From assembly GCA_030646755.1 (NCBI GenBank), contig JAUSKU010000092.1, positions 14,270-78,269 on the forward strand: a stretch of DNA of 64,000 nt, given 5' to 3'. A program made the position numbers and the translations under genes. The stretch's first letter is position 1. Every line of letters starts with the position of its first letter. This DNA is from Deltaproteobacteria bacterium (GTDB taxonomy: Bacteria; Desulfobacterota; JAENJC01). Shown piece after piece: positions 63,362 through 64,000 of this stretch. Below the pieces are notes generated by a model. It did not search any database. It was given only the letters and a program-made list of their open reading frames with translations, and was not told the origin of the DNA.

Positions 63362-63618
63362 TTAATCACCCCCGCCTTTTTTAATACCTCTTCTACGTCG
63401 TTCAACTGATACCGTTTAAGCTCCAGATTTGGATGCGGTTTATGCATCCTGATTACGCTCTTGGTCTGTTTATTGAGAAATGCCACCCGTGAGCCTGATG
63501 TCTTGCCGGTCTTTGCCTCCTCATAGCCAAAGCCCTTCAGGAACCTTTCAAGTTCATCAAAGGTAAAATCCGTTGGTTTTGCCAGGAACCTCTGTAACAG
63601 CTTTTCGGCTTTGCTCAT
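63358..63618 (-). CDS. hicA: HicA family toxin
   Basis: It begins MSKAEKLLQRFLAKPTDFTFDELERFLKGFGYEEAKTGKTSGSRVAF...MHKPHP, which fits a YcfA/HicA dsRBD-like fold. The ORF-track start at 63642 is an extension. Confidence 0.75.
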   Translation of the reverse strand: MSKAEKLLQRFLAKPTDFTFDELERFLKGFGYEEAKTGKTSGSRVAFLNKQTKSVIRMHKPHPNLELKRYQLNDVEEVLKKAGVIK

Positions 63619-64000
63619 GAAGAAATAATAGCACCGGGTCAAGATTTATGCAACTGTTTTTTAGTGGCAAGCATAACCTCCCCGCGCCAGATGGAACGAT
63701 GCCTGGACGAATGAAGAAGGTAAATACATCCGGCATGCCTTTTACTCACCCGCCAAAGACAATACCTCCAGCCCCCAAAGAGCTCCCAAATACGTATAAT
63801 GGCTTGAAAATGCTTGAAAGCTAAAGAGAGATTGTGATATTATCTGACCGATTTTTAGGCTTACCATCGGTGCATTTGAGAGCAATAAAGAGCAAATCTA
63901 TAAAATAGGGAGACCCTGACTCGAATGCAGAATTTACTTGAAGAACTAAAAACCCTTCTTGGACAGGATGAACGACTGACTGCGGAAGGGAAAGCTCCGC

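Overview
The window comes from a bacterial chromosome of about 50% GC with anaerobe-like gene content (ppdK, a LarE-like PP-loop enzyme, U32 peptidases). It opens inside a type I-G (formerly I-U) CRISPR-Cas interference operon: a cas3 HD-domain C-terminus, then csx17/cas8u2, csb1/cas7 and csb2/cas5-cas6. An 11-repeat CRISPR array follows only 30 bp after csb2. There is no cas1, cas2 or cas4 between them, the first repeat has lost its 5' half, and the last repeat is 3'-degenerate with a convergent gene 12 bp beyond it. After that come envelope genes (a GT2 and a GT9 glycosyltransferase, an MFS-like protein, a UbiA prenyltransferase, an outer-membrane protein), then tsaE, a CBS protein, nnr, ppdK, glySQ, glgB, a JAMM protein and a vapBC pair. 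A 911-aa repeat-containing surface lipoprotein lies behind a (GAGTT)12 microsatellite. A purine cluster follows, ordered purS, purQ, a small Cys-rich ORF, purL, purF, pyrE, with mscS and purB nearby. Next is a roughly 7-kb island of toxin-antitoxin and defence-like genes next to dnaE, several of them decayed: a MITE pair, a truncated DUF1016 gene, a low-GC DUF4917 gene, a nucleotidyltransferase, ParE/Phd, a decayed RelE pair, HEPN/MNT, RHH and CGGC proteins. The window ends with a GGDEF cyclase, a PHP protein, folD, an IS3-family insertion sequence abutting a vapC remnant, a (GTGA)14 microsatellite, an AddA-like helicase-nuclease and hicAB. Gene boundaries are punctuated by several families of short interspersed repeats: heptamer GACCACT arrays, GC-rich CCCTCTCCC/GGGGCGAGGG palindromes, TAGGGGCA hairpins, CACCCTGAGCGAAGCGAAGGG palindromes and a roughly 130-bp TTGACACTGATT...CTCTGCGGTAAA element.
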